Below are positions 50,045 to 60,980 of a stretch of DNA of 64,000 nt, piece by piece; the first letter of the stretch is position 1; each line of letters starts with the position of its first letter. The notes under the pieces are model-generated. The model was not told the origin of the DNA. It made no database searches and was given only the letters and a program-made list of their open reading frames with translations. The stretch is from an uncultured Aquificales bacterium (GTDB lineage: Bacteria > Thermosulfidibacterota > Thermosulfidibacteria > Thermosulfidibacterales > Thermosulfidibacteraceae), in the NCBI GenBank assembly GCA_964590075.1, contig CAZPXS010000005.1, positions 111,114 to 175,113 on the forward strand, written 5' to 3'. A program made the translations under genes and the position numbers.

Positions 50045-50725
50045 ATGTATCATCCCTTTGTTATAAGTTTTTTGGGCGAGAAGTTACAGCATGTATCACT
50101 CTTTATTACAGTAGGCTTGATCTTAATAATTATAGCTCTTCTCGTTAAAAGCAGAATTTCTATAGTTCCTGGAGCGTTGCAGAATGTTATGGAAGTTTTT
50201 GTAGAGGGTATCTATGATTTCGTGTCAGGTGTTATACCCTATGAGGCAAGAAAACATGTGCCTCTCATAGCTACAGTTTTTATTTTTATCCTCTTTTCAA
50301 ATTGGATAGGAAACATTCCCGGTTTCATATCGCCTACGGCCAACTGGAATACGACTATAGCTCCTGCTATTGTGGTCTTTGTATATTACCACGCTCAGGG
50401 TATTAAGAAACATGGTATAGTAAAATACCTCAAGCACTTTATGGGGCCTGTTGCTTTTATGGCACCGGTTATATTTATACTTGAAACGATAGGACACTTC
50501 GCCAGGGTATTATCTCTCTCTTTACGTCTTTTTGGTAACATAATGGGTGAGGAAACACTTGCTGTCATTCTATTCTCCCTTGTACCCCTTATAGTTCCAA
50601 TACCCTTTATGTTCCTTTCTTTGTTCTTCGGATTTGTTCAGGCTCTTGTTTTTACGTTACTTACCACCGTTTATATTTCCCTTGCAGTTGAAGAGGAGCA
50701 CGAAGAGCACGGGGAGCATCATTAA
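50045..50725 (+). CDS. atpB: F0F1 ATP synthase subunit a
   Basis: 226 aa. Conserved Arg-containing helix ([14 protein letters not shown]). Unusual E/H-rich C-terminal tail ([11 protein letters not shown]). Confidence 0.85.
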   Translation: MYHPFVISFLGEKLQHVSLFITVGLILIIIALLVKSRISIVPGALQNVMEVFVEGIYDFVSGVIPYEARKHVPLIATVFIFILFSNWIGNIPGFISPTANWNTTIAPAIVVFVYYHAQGIKKHGIVKYLKHFMGPVAFMAPVIFILETIGHFARVLSLSLRLFGNIMGEETLAVILFSLVPLIVPIPFMFLSLFFGFVQALVFTLLTTVYISLAVEEEHEEHGEHH

Positions 50726-50759
50726 TGGCTACAATAAACTTTAAAGGAGGGATGTAGTT

Positions 50760-51110
50760 ATGAGGAATGCGTTGAGGGTGGTTAGTTTCAGTCTGGTTGC
50801 TCTTTTAGCCGCTGTACCTGCCTTTGCGGAGGATCTTAAGGTAGCGGCACTTGATGCGATGAGATGGGCGGTACTTGCCGCAGCTTTTGGCCTGGGATTT
50901 GCTGCTGGACTTTGCGGTATAGCCCAGGGTTTGAGCGTTAAGTCTGCTATGGAAGGTATAGCAAGAAACCCGGAGGCATCCGGTAAAATTACCGTTGCTA
51001 TGATTATAGGTCTTGCGATGATCGAGGCTCTTACGATTTATTGTTTGGTAGTAGCTCTTATCATACTCTTTGCCGACCCTATCAAGGCAGTAAAAATAAT
51101 AGGCGGTTAA
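50760..51110 (+). CDS. atpE: F0F1 ATP synthase subunit c with N-terminal signal-like extension
   Basis: 116 aa. Two-helix hairpin with carboxylate helix ([22 protein letters not shown]). The N-terminal ~30 aa resemble a signal peptide (AVPAFA|ED). Confidence 0.8.
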   Translation: MRNALRVVSFSLVALLAAVPAFAEDLKVAALDAMRWAVLAAAFGLGFAAGLCGIAQGLSVKSAMEGIARNPEASGKITVAMIIGLAMIEALTIYCLVVALIILFADPIKAVKIIGG

Positions 51111-51121
51111 TACTAGTTTAT

Positions 51122-51157
51122 CAAGGGGTAGGAGTTCAATCCTACCCCTTGATTTTT
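51122..51157 (+). terminator. Rho-independent terminator after atpE
   Basis: CAAGGGGTAGGA-gttcaa-TCCTACCCCTTG hairpin followed by ATTTTT. No atpF/H/A/G/D/C genes follow. Confidence 0.6.
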
Positions 51158-51164
51158 AATAATA

Positions 51165-51182
51165 GTTGTGATTGTTAACACA
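51165..51182. promoter_or_regulatory. Rex-box-like inverted repeat upstream of rex (candidate autoregulation site)
   Basis: TTGTGAttgttaACACAA versus the Rex operator consensus TTGTGAA-N4-TTCACAA (11 of 14 half-site positions). It sits just upstream of a TTGACA hexamer at 51190. Confidence 0.35.
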
Positions 51183-51216
51183 ATAAAGCTTGACAAACCA
51201 AGAGGAGGGGATGGGA

Positions 51217-51861
51217 ATGAGATTTAAGATACCTGAGGTTACTATTACAAGACTTTCGCTGTACCTAAGGTGTTTGAATGAGCTTGAGAACGAGGGTGTT
51301 GATGTAGTCTCTTCAAGTGAACTGGGGGAGAGATGCGGGCTTAATCCCGCACAGATAAGGAAAGATCTCGCCTACTTTGGTGAATTTGGTACAAGGGGAG
51401 TAGGTTATTACCTTAAGGAACTTAAAGAAGATATAAAGAGAGTGCTAGGTCTTGATAAAGAATGGGAAGTTGCACTAATTGGAGTTGGTAATCTAGGAAA
51501 GGCACTGCTATCTTATCAAGGGTTTAAAAGACATGGTTTTAAAATAACAGTTGCCTTTGATAAGGTAATAGATGAGGATAAGAAAAAGGCTATACCAGAG
51601 GGTTGTGAACTTTACAATGCCGACAGCATGGAGGAGATCATAAAGAAAAGGAACATCAAGCTTGCGATTGTAGCCGTTAATCCACAGGGATTACAGGAAG
51701 TTATCGATAGACTGGTAAAGGCTGGAATTAAAGGTATACTTAACTTTGTACCGGCAAGGGTTTATACTCCACCGGGAGTGGTTATAAGAACCATCGATCT
51801 ATCTATTGAAATGGAAACTCTCACCTATTACGTTAACTTGAAGTTGCAGGAAGGTCTATAA
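51217..51861 (+). CDS. rex: Redox-sensing transcriptional repressor Rex
   Basis: Winged-helix N-terminus ([16 protein letters not shown]) and Rossmann NADH-binding domain ([13 protein letters not shown]). GGAGGGG RBS. Confidence 0.8.
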   Translation: MRFKIPEVTITRLSLYLRCLNELENEGVDVVSSSELGERCGLNPAQIRKDLAYFGEFGTRGVGYYLKELKEDIKRVLGLDKEWEVALIGVGNLGKALLSYQGFKRHGFKITVAFDKVIDEDKKKAIPEGCELYNADSMEEIIKKRNIKLAIVAVNPQGLQEVIDRLVKAGIKGILNFVPARVYTPPGVVIRTIDLSIEMETLTYYVNLKLQEGL

Positions 51862-51862
51862 T

Positions 51863-51895
51863 AAAAAAAGGGCTCCAGAGGGAGCCCTTTTTTTT
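51863..51895. terminator. Bidirectional rho-independent terminator between rex (+) and rpsI (-)
   Basis: A7 - AGGGCTCC agag GGAGCCCT - T8. The rpsI stop codon overlaps the T-run. Confidence 0.6.
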
Positions 51896-52286
51896 ATCTT
51901 TTTCTCCACTGGAAGCCTCTACGGGCTTTGTGTCTACCGTATTTCTTCCTTTCGACGATTCTTGCATCTCTTGTAAGTAGACCAGCCTTCTTGAGGATAG
52001 GTCTAAGCTCTGGGTTAAAGGCAAGTAATGCCTTTGCTATTCCGTATCTTATCGCATCGGCCTGGCTTGCTATACCGCCTCCTTTAACATTAACCTTAAT
52101 ATCAAATTCACCCATCTTCCCAACAAGTTCAAGCGGCTCAAATATCAAAGACCTCAAGGATTCTCTCGGTATATACTCGTTTAGGGAACGTCCATTAATC
52201 TCAACGTTGCCACTACCAGGTCTCATCCATATTCTAGCTATGGATGTTTTCCTCTTTCCAACTCCATGATAAACAATCTGTGCCAT
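51894..52286 (-). CDS. rpsI: 30S ribosomal protein S9
   Basis: 130 aa with a C-terminal ...[14 protein letters not shown] typical of S9. Confidence 0.9.
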   Translation of the reverse strand: MAQIVYHGVGKRKTSIARIWMRPGSGNVEINGRSLNEYIPRESLRSLIFEPLELVGKMGEFDIKVNVKGGGIASQADAIRYGIAKALLAFNPELRPILKKAGLLTRDARIVERKKYGRHKARRGFQWRKR

Positions 52287-52305
52287 CCTCCATCTCCTCC
52301 GAGTA

Positions 52306-52737
52306 CTAAATTTCTATCTTTTCAGGTTTCTGTGCCAAATGTGGATGATTTGGGCCGCTATACACCTTCAACTTCTTCAACATTCTCCTTGCAAGGTTGT
52401 TCTTCGGTAACATCCCCTTCACCGCATGCCATATAAGAAACTCTGGCTTCTTCTCAAGATAGTCTTTTGCAGTTCTACACTTTATACCACCAAAATAGCC
52501 GGTATGTCTCCAGTATAGTTTTTTCTCAATCTTCTTACCCGTTAATCTTACCTTCTCAGCGTTTACTACAACTACAAAGTCACCACAATCCACATTTGGA
52601 GTATATATGGGTTTGTGCTTACCCATCAGAATTGTCGCTATTTTACTTGCAAGCCTTCCTAGCACCTTGTCCTTTGCATCGATAAGGTACCATTTTCTCT
52701 CAACATCCTTTTTGTTTGCCATAAAGGTTTTTTGCAT
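52306..52737 (-). CDS. rplM: 50S ribosomal protein L13
   Basis: 143 aa, KKWYLIDA...GRLAS N-terminus of L13. On the minus strand upstream there is TTGACA, a 17-nt spacer and TATAAG at about 52775-52803. Confidence 0.9.
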   Translation of the reverse strand: MQKTFMANKKDVERKWYLIDAKDKVLGRLASKIATILMGKHKPIYTPNVDCGDFVVVVNAEKVRLTGKKIEKKLYWRHTGYFGGIKCRTAKDYLEKKPEFLIWHAVKGMLPKNNLARRMLKKLKVYSGPNHPHLAQKPEKIEI

Positions 52738-52824
52738 ATTCCATCCCTCCTCATAAATCTTGCCTTTCCGCTTATATTAGTTTAGCGAATATTTGTCAAG
52801 CCTTTTTTGCTTTTAAGGTAAATT

Positions 52825-54240
52825 TTAACTTATATCGAAGCAGATGAGTTTTATCTCTGTCATCTCCTGGATGGTGTATCTCGGCCCTTCCCTACCTATC
52901 CCCGAATCCTTAACTCCACCGTATGGCATAACATCCACTCGGAACGTTGGAACATCGTTTATTATCACACCTCCTACCTCTACCTCAAGAGCTGCTTTCC
53001 AGGCTTTGTTTATGTCGCTGGTGAATATGCCAGCCTGTAAGCCATAGGTTGAATCGTTAGCTTCCCTTATACCTTCCTCAAAGGATTTTACAGGATTTAT
53101 GATCACAACGGGACCGAAGGCCTCTTCTCTAAAGAGCTTGGTATCCTTTGGACAGTTAACTATAACCGTTGGCTCAAGGATGGCACCTTCTCTCTTCCCG
53201 CCCCTTACCAGTTTAGCACCTTTTTCAACCGCTTCCTTGATCCACTCTTCCACCCTGATAGCCTCTCTCTCCTCTATCATCGGCCCCATATCGGTCTCTT
53301 CCAGTAGCTGGTTACCTACCTTTAACTTTTCTGTCTCTTTAACGAATCTATCCACAAAATCATCGAATATCTCCTCTTCCACGAAGATCCTCTGTACCGA
53401 TATGCAGACCTGTCCTGCAAGGGCATAGGAGGCAAGTACAACCCTTGGGAAGACTTTGTTAAAGTTAGCATCCTTAGCAACGATAACCGCTGAGTTTGAC
53501 CCGAGTTCCATCGTTATCTTCTTGTAACCTGCCACATGACATATCCTTTTACCTACATCTCTACTTCCCGTGAAGGAAACCTTCCTCACATCGGGATGGG
53601 CTACAAGCGTCTCTCCTACCTCTCCTCCGGATCCGGTGATCACCTGAAAGGCAAGAGGCGGTACACCGGCCTCTAGGAATATCTCCCCGAGTTTCAAGCA
53701 GGCAAGGGGAGTGACCGAGGCAGGCTTTAGGATAACAGCATTTCCACAGGCAAGGGCTGGAGCTATTTTGTGCATCGAGAGATTAACAGGAAAATTAAAT
53801 GGACTTATTGCTACAACCACACCAACGGGTACCCTTATATACATTCCTATTTTACCTTTCCCCGTTGGTGCTGAATCAAACCTTACCTCTTCACCGAATA
53901 CCCTCTTTGCTTCCTCGGCTGATAGAATCAAAGTTTGAAGAGCCCTTGCAACTTCACCACGGGCCTCCCTAATGGTTTTACCAACCTCCATTGAGATAGT
54001 TTTCGCAAGTTCCTCCTTTCTCTCCTCCATTATCCTTGCCGCCCTCATAAGAATCTCGTATCTCTCGTAACTCGAGAGCTTGGCGATCTCTCTTTGACCT
54101 TTCTTAGCATACTCAACCGCCTTTACAGCGTCTTCACCTGTGGCCATGGGAACTGTGTCTATGATACTGTTGTCAAAGGGATTTCTTACCTCTATCTTTC
54201 TCTCCCTATCTACCCACTCTCCACCTAAGAGCATCCTCAT
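52825..54240 (-). CDS. NAD(P)+-dependent aldehyde dehydrogenase
   Basis: 471 aa. Catalytic Cys region ([12 protein letters not shown]), Glu motif (ELGSNSA), glycine-rich NAD site (FTGSRDVG). Confidence 0.8.
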   Translation of the reverse strand: MRMLLGGEWVDRERKIEVRNPFDNSIIDTVPMATGEDAVKAVEYAKKGQREIAKLSSYERYEILMRAARIMEERKEELAKTISMEVGKTIREARGEVARALQTLILSAEEAKRVFGEEVRFDSAPTGKGKIGMYIRVPVGVVVAISPFNFPVNLSMHKIAPALACGNAVILKPASVTPLACLKLGEIFLEAGVPPLAFQVITGSGGEVGETLVAHPDVRKVSFTGSRDVGKRICHVAGYKKITMELGSNSAVIVAKDANFNKVFPRVVLASYALAGQVCISVQRIFVEEEIFDDFVDRFVKETEKLKVGNQLLEETDMGPMIEEREAIRVEEWIKEAVEKGAKLVRGGKREGAILEPTVIVNCPKDTKLFREEAFGPVVIINPVKSFEEGIREANDSTYGLQAGIFTSDINKAWKAALEVEVGGVIINDVPTFRVDVMPYGGVKDSGIGREGPRYTIQEMTEIKLICFDIS

Positions 54241-54251
54241 GGTATACCTCC

Positions 54252-54767
54252 TTAAGTTAACTGGTGTTTTATTTTATTTATTACCATAATATCGGTAGGA
54301 AAAGCCATATCAAGCTCCCTAATGTTCTCGTAGCTAAAAAATCCCAGTTCCGATAGGTCACTACCTGCCTTTAATTCCCCATCCACTATCTTTCCGAAAA
54401 ACCATACACCTACCGTGGGATGTTCCGGATTATGCCAGTTTGAGAGCACTTCCACTATATCATAAATCTCAACCAGTAAACCGGTTTCCTCTCTAAATTC
54501 CCTTTTAGCCGCTTCTCTTATATCCTCCCCAAATTCAACATGTCCACAGGGTATACACCATTTCCCTTTAAAGGGGTCTCTATTTCTCCTACCAAGTAAC
54601 AGCCTTTTGTTCTCTAGGACAACTACAGCGACACCTACGGTTGGATTCAAAAAGTTTCTGAATCCACAGTTTCTACAGATCGGCCTTATCCTTTCATCAA
54701 ATATATAACTCATTTTGTTACCACAGTAAGGGCAGTATCTATAGTACCTTGCTATGTGCTTTCTCAT
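54252..54767 (-). CDS. Nudix hydrolase with N-terminal C4 zinc ribbon (NudC-like, possible NADH pyrophosphatase)
   Basis: CPYCG...CRNCG zinc ribbon, then Nudix box ([23 protein letters not shown]). ATG at 54767; the ORF track extends it to a TTG at 54803. Confidence 0.65.
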   Translation of the reverse strand: MRKHIARYYRYCPYCGNKMSYIFDERIRPICRNCGFRNFLNPTVGVAVVVLENKRLLLGRRNRDPFKGKWCIPCGHVEFGEDIREAAKREFREETGLLVEIYDIVEVLSNWHNPEHPTVGVWFFGKIVDGELKAGSDLSELGFFSYENIRELDMAFPTDIMVINKIKHQLT

Positions 54768-54796
54768 ACTTCTACTAATAACATAACCAGCCGGTA

Positions 54797-54825
54797 TTGA
54801 CAAAGAATTTTTTACATTGTATTTT
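54797..54825 (+). promoter_or_regulatory. Sigma-70-type promoter of the fadR-fadN-fadA-fadE operon
   Basis: TTGACA (54797-54802), 17-nt spacer, TATTTT (54820-54825). Confidence 0.45.
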
Positions 54826-54832
54826 TGGATTT

Positions 54833-54850
54833 AATGAGTGACTACTCATT
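54833..54850. promoter_or_regulatory. Inverted repeat AATGAGT-N4-ACTCATT, candidate TetR-family FadR operator
   Basis: Perfect 7-bp arms immediately downstream of the -10, flanked by TCATTCAT. The half-site resembles the B. subtilis FadR (YsiA) box core ..ATGA../..TCATTCA. It lies in the 100-bp divergent region shared with the nudix-aldH transcript. Confidence 0.4.
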
Positions 54851-54867
54851 CATGTAAGGAGGGGAAA

Positions 54868-55464
54868 TTGCCTAGGGTAAAGAGTCCGAATAAGAGGGAG
54901 ATTATAATAGATGCTGCAGAGAAGGTTTTTGCAAGTAAAGGTTATCACAATGCCAGGATTTCGGATGTAGCCAAAGAAGCTAATGTAGCGGAAGGTACTA
55001 TATATCTTTACTTCGAAAGTAAGGAAGATCTACTTCTGGCTATATTCAAGGATAGGATGGGTAAATGGGTGGAAGGGTTGAAGATGGAGTTATCAAAGGT
55101 TTCCGGTAGCCCGATAGAAAAGTTGAGAACTATAATCAACAGTCATTTTACGACACTTTACAATAACCCCCACTGGGCTCAGCTTGTACAGGTTGAGTTG
55201 AGAGCCTGTAGTGTATTCATGCGTGGTGGGAGTACTCCCGAGCTGAGGGAGTACATAAGGGTTATAGAAGCTGTACTTGAGGAGGGTAAGAGAGAAGGTC
55301 TTTTCGATGAGAACCTCAACATATGGGTATCAGCCAGGATGTTGCTTGGAATACTGGATGAATTTTCAACAATATGGGTTTTGAAGAAAAGACTCGATCT
55401 ACCATCATTGGTAGATGTTGTTTTAGATATCTATACGAAGGGTATTCTAAAAAGGGAGGTGTAA
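54868..55464 (+). CDS. fadR: TetR-family transcriptional regulator, FadR(YsiA)-like fatty-acid degradation repressor
   Basis: TetR HTH ([24 protein letters not shown]) plus a C-terminal ligand-binding domain. TTG at 54868 has an AAGGAGGGG RBS 5 nt upstream. The ORF-track GTG start at 54838 would lie inside the operator. Confidence 0.7.
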   Translation: MPRVKSPNKREIIIDAAEKVFASKGYHNARISDVAKEANVAEGTIYLYFESKEDLLLAIFKDRMGKWVEGLKMELSKVSGSPIEKLRTIINSHFTTLYNNPHWAQLVQVELRACSVFMRGGSTPELREYIRVIEAVLEEGKREGLFDENLNIWVSARMLLGILDEFSTIWVLKKRLDLPSLVDVVLDIYTKGILKREV

Positions 55465-55466
55465 TA

Positions 55467-57845
55467 ATGGGTTACAAGATTAAAAAAGCCGTAGTTTTGG
55501 GTGCTGGTACTATGGGGGCTGGAATTGCAGCCCATCTTGCCAACGTTGGTATTCCTGTACTTTTACTTGATATTCCGGCAAAGGAAGGTCCCGATAGAAA
55601 CGCCATAGTAAGAGGTGGGTTTGAGAGAGCCTTGAAGTCGAAACCGCCCGCCTTTTACCACAAAAGTTTCGCGGAATTGATTGAGATAGGTAACTTTGAG
55701 GATGATATGCCAAAAATCCATGATGCCGATCTCATAATTGAGGCTGTTCTTGAGCAACTCGATGTTAAGAGGAAACTCTTCTTGGAGGTCGAGAAGTATA
55801 GGAGGCCGGGTAGCATAGTTGCTACCAATACTTCGGGTATATCGATAAATAAGATAGCGGAAGGTTTTAGCGATGATTTTAGGAAACATTTCATAGGTAT
55901 GCATTTCTTCAATCCACCCCGTTACATGAAACTACTCGAGATAATCCCCGGTAAGGATACACTCAAGGAAGTGGTAGATTTTGTTGCAGATTTTGGTGAA
56001 AGGGTTCTCGGTAAGGGTATAGTTTACGCTAAGGATACTCCCAACTTTATAGCCAACAGGATAGGTACCTTTGGTATGATGTATACACTTAAGCTCATGG
56101 AAGAGCTCAAGATGACCGTGGAAGAGGTAGACGCTATCACCGGTAAAGCAGTAGGTAGGCCAAAAATGGCTACCTTTAGATTAGCCGATCTTGTCGGTGT
56201 GGATATACTCTATCATGTTGCTCTGAATGTCTATGAGAATGCTCCCAACGATGAGATGAGGGATATATTCAAACCACCACAATGGCTCGAAAGAATGCTA
56301 CAGGAAAAACTCCTTGGAGATAAGACCAAGGCTGGCTTTTATAAGAAAGCCACGATCAACGGTAAGAAGGTGAATCTGGTACTTGATCTTGAAACATTCC
56401 AGTATAGAGAACCTGCAAAACCTACCTTCCCCTCTCTAGAGATGGCAAAGACAGAAGAGGATATAAAGAACAGATTGAGAATAATGTGTTATGGTAAGGA
56501 TAAGGCGAGTATATTCACCTGGAAGTCTATCAGTGCTTTACTGATCTACTCCGCCAACAGGATACCAGAGATTGCGGATGATATTGTTCAGATAGACAAC
56601 GCTATGAAATGGGGATTCAACTGGGAATTAGGTCCCTTTGAGATATGGGATGCAATAGGTGTTAGAAAATCGGTAGAAAGAATGGAAAAAGAGGGCATGG
56701 TAGTTCCCAATAAGGTAAAAAGAATGCTCGAGAAGAATGCAGAATCCTTCTACAAGGAGGAGAATGGAGTAGTATACTACTGGGATTTTGCTACGGAAAG
56801 CTATAAAGAGGTCCCAACAAAGCCCGAGATCATCAATCTTGCAATACTAAAGAGAAACAACAGGGTTATAAAGGAAAACGCCGATGCTTCTCTCATAGAT
56901 CTCGGGGATGGTGTCCTTTGTCTCGAATTCCATACAAAGATGAACGCTCTTGGTGCCGGGATACTTCAGATGCTTGAAGAAGCACTGGAGGAGGTTGATA
57001 AAAACCATCTTGGTCTTGTTATCGCTAATCAGGGTCAGCATTTCTCAGCGGGAGCCAATCTTGCCATAATCCTGTCTGCTATTCAGGAAGAGGAGTGGGA
57101 TGAGATAGACTATATGGTAAGGGCTTTCCAGAAGGCCACCATGTCTATGAAGTTATTTGAAAAACCGATAGTTTCTGCACCCTTTAACATCACGGTAGGT
57201 GGTGGCTGCGAGTTTTGTCTACATACACACAGAATAAGAGCACATGCCGAACTATACATGGGACTTGTTGAGGTAGGAGTTGGTTTGGTACCGGCAGGTG
57301 GCGGAACCAAGGAAATGTTATTGAGGTTGGTAGATTCCTATGTACCCGAGGATATGCCAAGGGGTGTGGTGGTAGATCCTTTCCCTCACCTAAGAAGAGC
57401 CCTAGAAACCATAGCTATGGCGAAGGTCTCATCAAGTGCCTACGAAGCAAAGGAAATGGGCTTCCTAAAGGAATGTGATAGCATCTCTGTAAATAGGGAT
57501 TATCTCATCTACGAGGCGAAACAGGTTGTCCTGAACCTTGTAAAGGAAGGGTTTAAACCACCAAGGGTTAGAAAGGTAAAGATGACAGGTAGAGATGGAT
57601 TCTCCTTCCTTAAGATGCTCATCTACAATATGCAGGTTGGTGGATGGATATCCGAACATGATGCCAAGATCGCCACATGGATAGCCAAGATCCTAACTGG
57701 TGGTGATGTACTACCTGGTACCGTTATGACAGAGTGGGATATACTGGACCTTGAAAGGGAAGCTTTCCTATCACTGTGCGGTGAACCCAAGACCAAGGAT
57801 AGAATAGTTCACATGTTAACTACAGGTAAACCATTGAGAAATTAA
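55467..57845 (+). CDS. fadN: Bifunctional 3-hydroxyacyl-CoA dehydrogenase (N-terminal) / enoyl-CoA hydratase (C-terminal), FadN-type
   Basis: 793 aa. N-terminal Rossmann [12 protein letters not shown], 3HCDH motifs, C-terminal crotonase fold. ATG at 55467 with AAAGGGAGGTG RBS. The ORF-track 5' extension reads through the fadR 3' end. Confidence 0.85.
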   Translation: MGYKIKKAVVLGAGTMGAGIAAHLANVGIPVLLLDIPAKEGPDRNAIVRGGFERALKSKPPAFYHKSFAELIEIGNFEDDMPKIHDADLIIEAVLEQLDVKRKLFLEVEKYRRPGSIVATNTSGISINKIAEGFSDDFRKHFIGMHFFNPPRYMKLLEIIPGKDTLKEVVDFVADFGERVLGKGIVYAKDTPNFIANRIGTFGMMYTLKLMEELKMTVEEVDAITGKAVGRPKMATFRLADLVGVDILYHVALNVYENAPNDEMRDIFKPPQWLERMLQEKLLGDKTKAGFYKKATINGKKVNLVLDLETFQYREPAKPTFPSLEMAKTEEDIKNRLRIMCYGKDKASIFTWKSISALLIYSANRIPEIADDIVQIDNAMKWGFNWELGPFEIWDAIGVRKSVERMEKEGMVVPNKVKRMLEKNAESFYKEENGVVYYWDFATESYKEVPTKPEIINLAILKRNNRVIKENADASLIDLGDGVLCLEFHTKMNALGAGILQMLEEALEEVDKNHLGLVIANQGQHFSAGANLAIILSAIQEEEWDEIDYMVRAFQKATMSMKLFEKPIVSAPFNITVGGGCEFCLHTHRIRAHAELYMGLVEVGVGLVPAGGGTKEMLLRLVDSYVPEDMPRGVVVDPFPHLRRALETIAMAKVSSSAYEAKEMGFLKECDSISVNRDYLIYEAKQVVLNLVKEGFKPPRVRKVKMTGRDGFSFLKMLIYNMQVGGWISEHDAKIATWIAKILTGGDVLPGTVMTEWDILDLEREAFLSLCGEPKTKDRIVHMLTTGKPLRN

Positions 57846-57868
57846 AAATTTTAAAGAGAGGTGTAACT

Positions 57869-59062
57869 ATGAGGCAAGCGGTTATAGTTTCTGCTGTAAG
57901 GACTGCGGTGGGTAAGGCTCCTAAGGGAACCTTAAAGGATACGAGGCCTGATGATCTCGCAGGCCTCGTGGTTAGAGAAGTTGTCAGAAGAGCGGGAATC
58001 GATCCTTCACTTGTTGAAGATGTTATTATGGGCTGTGCCTTCCCCGAAGGTGAACAGGGGATGAATATCGGAAGAATTGCCGCTATCAAGGCAGGTCTTC
58101 CAACGAGCGCCTGTGGTATGACCATAAACAGGTTCTGCTCATCCGGGCTACAGGCTATAGCTATAGCCGCAGGGCATATCCTGTCTGGCTATGCGGATGT
58201 GATAGTAGCAGGTGGTGTGGAATCTATGAGTATGATTCCAATGGGAGGACTCAGACAGACCGCCAATCCAGAGCTTATGGATTCCTTCCCACAGTTATAC
58301 ATGGCTATGGGTAACACTGCGGAGATCGTTGCGGAGAGATATGGTATAACGAGAGAGGAACAGGATCAGTTTGCCTATAGATCCCATATGAGAGCTGCAA
58401 AGGCCATAAAAGAGGGTAAGTTTGATGAAGAGATAGTGCCCGTAAGGACAAGGGTCCTTAGACAGAGACCGGATGGTACTACATACGAGGAAGAAGTTGA
58501 ATTTAAGGTGGATGAGGGAGTAAGGCCAGATACAACGATAGAGGCTCTTAGCAAGTTACCTCCTGCCTTCTGGCCACCTGGTAAAGGTACCGTTACTGCT
58601 GGAAACTCCTCCCAGATGTCTGATGGAGCTGCCTGTGTTCTCATAATGTCCGACAAGAAGGCTCAGGAACTTGGATTAAAGCCACTTGCCATATTCAGGG
58701 GTTTTGCTGTAGGTGGTGTTGATCCTGAGGTTATGGGGATTGGTCCTACCGTTGCTGTACCCAAGTTACTTGAAAGAACTGGCTTAAAAATTGAGGACAT
58801 AGATCTGATAGAGTTGAACGAAGCTTTTGCCGCTCAGTCACTCGCCTGTATAAAGATTCTCGGTTGGAAGGAGATCATGGAGGACAAGATCAATGTCAAC
58901 GGAGGAGCCATAGCTCTCGGTCATCCGCTTGGTTGTACAGGTGCGAAACTAACGGTACAGTTGATCTACGAATTGAGAAGAAGGGGTGGCAAGTACGGGA
59001 TAGTCACCATGTGTATTGGTGGTGGTATGGGAGCGGCAGGTCTATTCGAAATAGTTTATTAA
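57869..59062 (+). CDS. fadA: Acetyl-CoA C-acyltransferase (thiolase)
   Basis: 397 aa. Active-site Cys ([10 protein letters not shown]), His ([15 protein letters not shown]) and C-terminal Cys (MCIGGGMG). Confidence 0.9.
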   Translation: MRQAVIVSAVRTAVGKAPKGTLKDTRPDDLAGLVVREVVRRAGIDPSLVEDVIMGCAFPEGEQGMNIGRIAAIKAGLPTSACGMTINRFCSSGLQAIAIAAGHILSGYADVIVAGGVESMSMIPMGGLRQTANPELMDSFPQLYMAMGNTAEIVAERYGITREEQDQFAYRSHMRAAKAIKEGKFDEEIVPVRTRVLRQRPDGTTYEEEVEFKVDEGVRPDTTIEALSKLPPAFWPPGKGTVTAGNSSQMSDGAACVLIMSDKKAQELGLKPLAIFRGFAVGGVDPEVMGIGPTVAVPKLLERTGLKIEDIDLIELNEAFAAQSLACIKILGWKEIMEDKINVNGGAIALGHPLGCTGAKLTVQLIYELRRRGGKYGIVTMCIGGGMGAAGLFEIVY

Positions 59063-59086
59063 ACCAAATAATTGGAGGAGGTTATT

Positions 59087-60853
59087 ATGGCAGAGTTTAA
59101 AAAGGGTGGGATTTTCCTTGTAGAATCTGCAAATCCAAAGGATGTCTTCATTCCTGAGGAGTTTACCGAAGAACAGAGGATGTTTGCTAAGACCGCGGAA
59201 GATTTCATCAAGAAAGAGGTAATGCCCCATGCCGATGAGATTGAGAAGAAGAATTACGAAGTGCATGTTGAAATCTTCAGAAAGGCTGGTGAACTTGGCT
59301 TACTAGGTGTGGAGGTACCGGAGGAATACGGTGGGCTTGGGCTTGATAAGGTAAGCGCTATGCTTGTTAGTGAAAAGATGTCAACCGGTATAAGTTCATT
59401 TACCACCACCGTTATGGCCCACACAGGTATAGGAACTCTACCGTTACTATACTTTGGAACCGAGGAACAGAAACAGAAATATCTACCTAAACTCGCAACT
59501 GGCGAATGGATTGGTGCTTATGCCTTAACCGAGACCAACGCAGGTAGTGATGCTATGAACATAAAAACGAAAGCGGTAAGGGAAGGTGACTATTGGGTTC
59601 TTAACGGTTCCAAACAGTTTATAACAAACGCAGGTTTTGCCAATCTTTTCACCGTCTATGCAAAGGTTGATGGTGAGAAGATGGCAGCATTCTTGGTGGA
59701 AAGAAATACGGAAGGTTTTACCATTGGTCCCGAAGAACATAAGATGGGAATAGTCGGTTCATCCACATGTCCTTTGTACTTCGATAACGCAAAGGTACCC
59801 AAAGAGAACCTATTAGGTGGAGAGGAGTGGATAGGTAAGGGACATCTAATAGCTTTCAACGTACTAAACATAGGTAGATATAAACTTGCAATGGGAGCTC
59901 TTGGTGGTAGTAAGGTAGCTCTCGAGGAAGCTGTTAAATACACAAATCAGAGACAACAGTTTGGAAGACCTATATCCAGCTTTGACATGATAAAGGAAAA
60001 GATAGCTAGAATGGCTACCAAAATATGGGCCCTCGAGTCCGCGACATATAGAACTGCTGGTATGATAGAGGAAGCCTTCCAGAAACTTCAGGATAGAAGC
60101 CCGATAGATAGATTATCGGAATACGCTATAGAATGTTCTATCCTTAAGGTTTACGGATCAGAGGTATTGGATAGGGTGGTTGATGATGCTCTACAGTGTT
60201 ACGGTGGTTACGGCTATACCGAAGAGTATCCTGCCGCAAGAGCCTATAGAGATGCTAGGATTAACAGGATCTGGGAAGGTACCAACGAGATTAACAGATT
60301 GGTTATAGTTGCTACCATAGCCAGAAAGGCAGAGAAGGGAGATATACCGCTTATTCAGGCTGCTACGAAGGTTGGTAAGGAAATTCTTACACTAATGCCT
60401 CAGGCACTATTGAAGCCCGGTTTCTTAGCCGAAGAGAAACTCCTCGTAGATATGGTGAGAACCCTACTGTTACTTACAAGTGGTATAGCGGTCCAAAAGT
60501 TCAAGGACAAGTTGAGAGATGAACAGATAGTTGTAGAAGCTCTGGCCGATATAGCTATAAATCTGTTTGTTATGGAAAGTGCATTACTAAGGACCCTGAA
60601 ACTCTACGAGGAATTTGGAGAGGATAAAGTCAAGTACCAAAAGGCCCTTACAAAATACCTATTTTATCTCACCTTGCCTATAGTGAACCATAATGCTGTT
60701 AAGGTTATAACTTCCTGTGAAACTGGAGACACCTTGAGAACACAGATGTCACTGATAAGGAAACTCACGAGATGGTACATACCCGATAATCCTGTGAGCC
60801 TTATAAGAACCATAGCAGACAAGGTTATAGAAGAGGAAAAGTATCCATTCTAA
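59087..60853 (+). CDS. fadE: Acyl-CoA dehydrogenase (long, FadE/YusJ-type)
   Basis: 589 aa. ACAD N/M/C domains (GAYALTETNAGSD; catalytic Glu region YGGYGYTEEYP) plus a C-terminal extension. GGAGGAGG RBS before the ATG at 59087. Confidence 0.85.
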   Translation: MAEFKKGGIFLVESANPKDVFIPEEFTEEQRMFAKTAEDFIKKEVMPHADEIEKKNYEVHVEIFRKAGELGLLGVEVPEEYGGLGLDKVSAMLVSEKMSTGISSFTTTVMAHTGIGTLPLLYFGTEEQKQKYLPKLATGEWIGAYALTETNAGSDAMNIKTKAVREGDYWVLNGSKQFITNAGFANLFTVYAKVDGEKMAAFLVERNTEGFTIGPEEHKMGIVGSSTCPLYFDNAKVPKENLLGGEEWIGKGHLIAFNVLNIGRYKLAMGALGGSKVALEEAVKYTNQRQQFGRPISSFDMIKEKIARMATKIWALESATYRTAGMIEEAFQKLQDRSPIDRLSEYAIECSILKVYGSEVLDRVVDDALQCYGGYGYTEEYPAARAYRDARINRIWEGTNEINRLVIVATIARKAEKGDIPLIQAATKVGKEILTLMPQALLKPGFLAEEKLLVDMVRTLLLLTSGIAVQKFKDKLRDEQIVVEALADIAINLFVMESALLRTLKLYEEFGEDKVKYQKALTKYLFYLTLPIVNHNAVKVITSCETGDTLRTQMSLIRKLTRWYIPDNPVSLIRTIADKVIEEEKYPF

Positions 60854-60867
60854 TCTCTAATGGTGAA

Positions 60868-60898
60868 GGCGGGGTCGATAGTTACCCCGCCTTTTTTT
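60868..60898 (+). terminator. Rho-independent terminator after fadE
   Basis: GGCGGGGT-cgatagtt-ACCCCGCC hairpin followed by T7. Confidence 0.7.
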
Positions 60899-60931
60899 AA
60901 CAAAAAATTTTAAATAAAATGCTGTTTAATA

Positions 60932-60960
60932 TTGACAGTTTAAAAGAATTTTGATAATAC
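60932..60960 (+). promoter_or_regulatory. Sigma-70-type promoter for the secreted hypothetical / fadD / fadL unit
   Basis: TTGACA (60932-60937), 17-nt spacer, TAATAC (60955-60960). Confidence 0.45.
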
Positions 60961-60980
60961 TCTGTATGGGAGGTAGAAAA

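Noticed and set aside
55374-55466. ORF-track 5' extension of fadN (start 55374)
   Set aside because: The extension reads through the 3' end of fadR in another frame and lacks an RBS. The ATG at 55467 has a perfect AAAGGGAGGTG RBS and begins the Rossmann motif.
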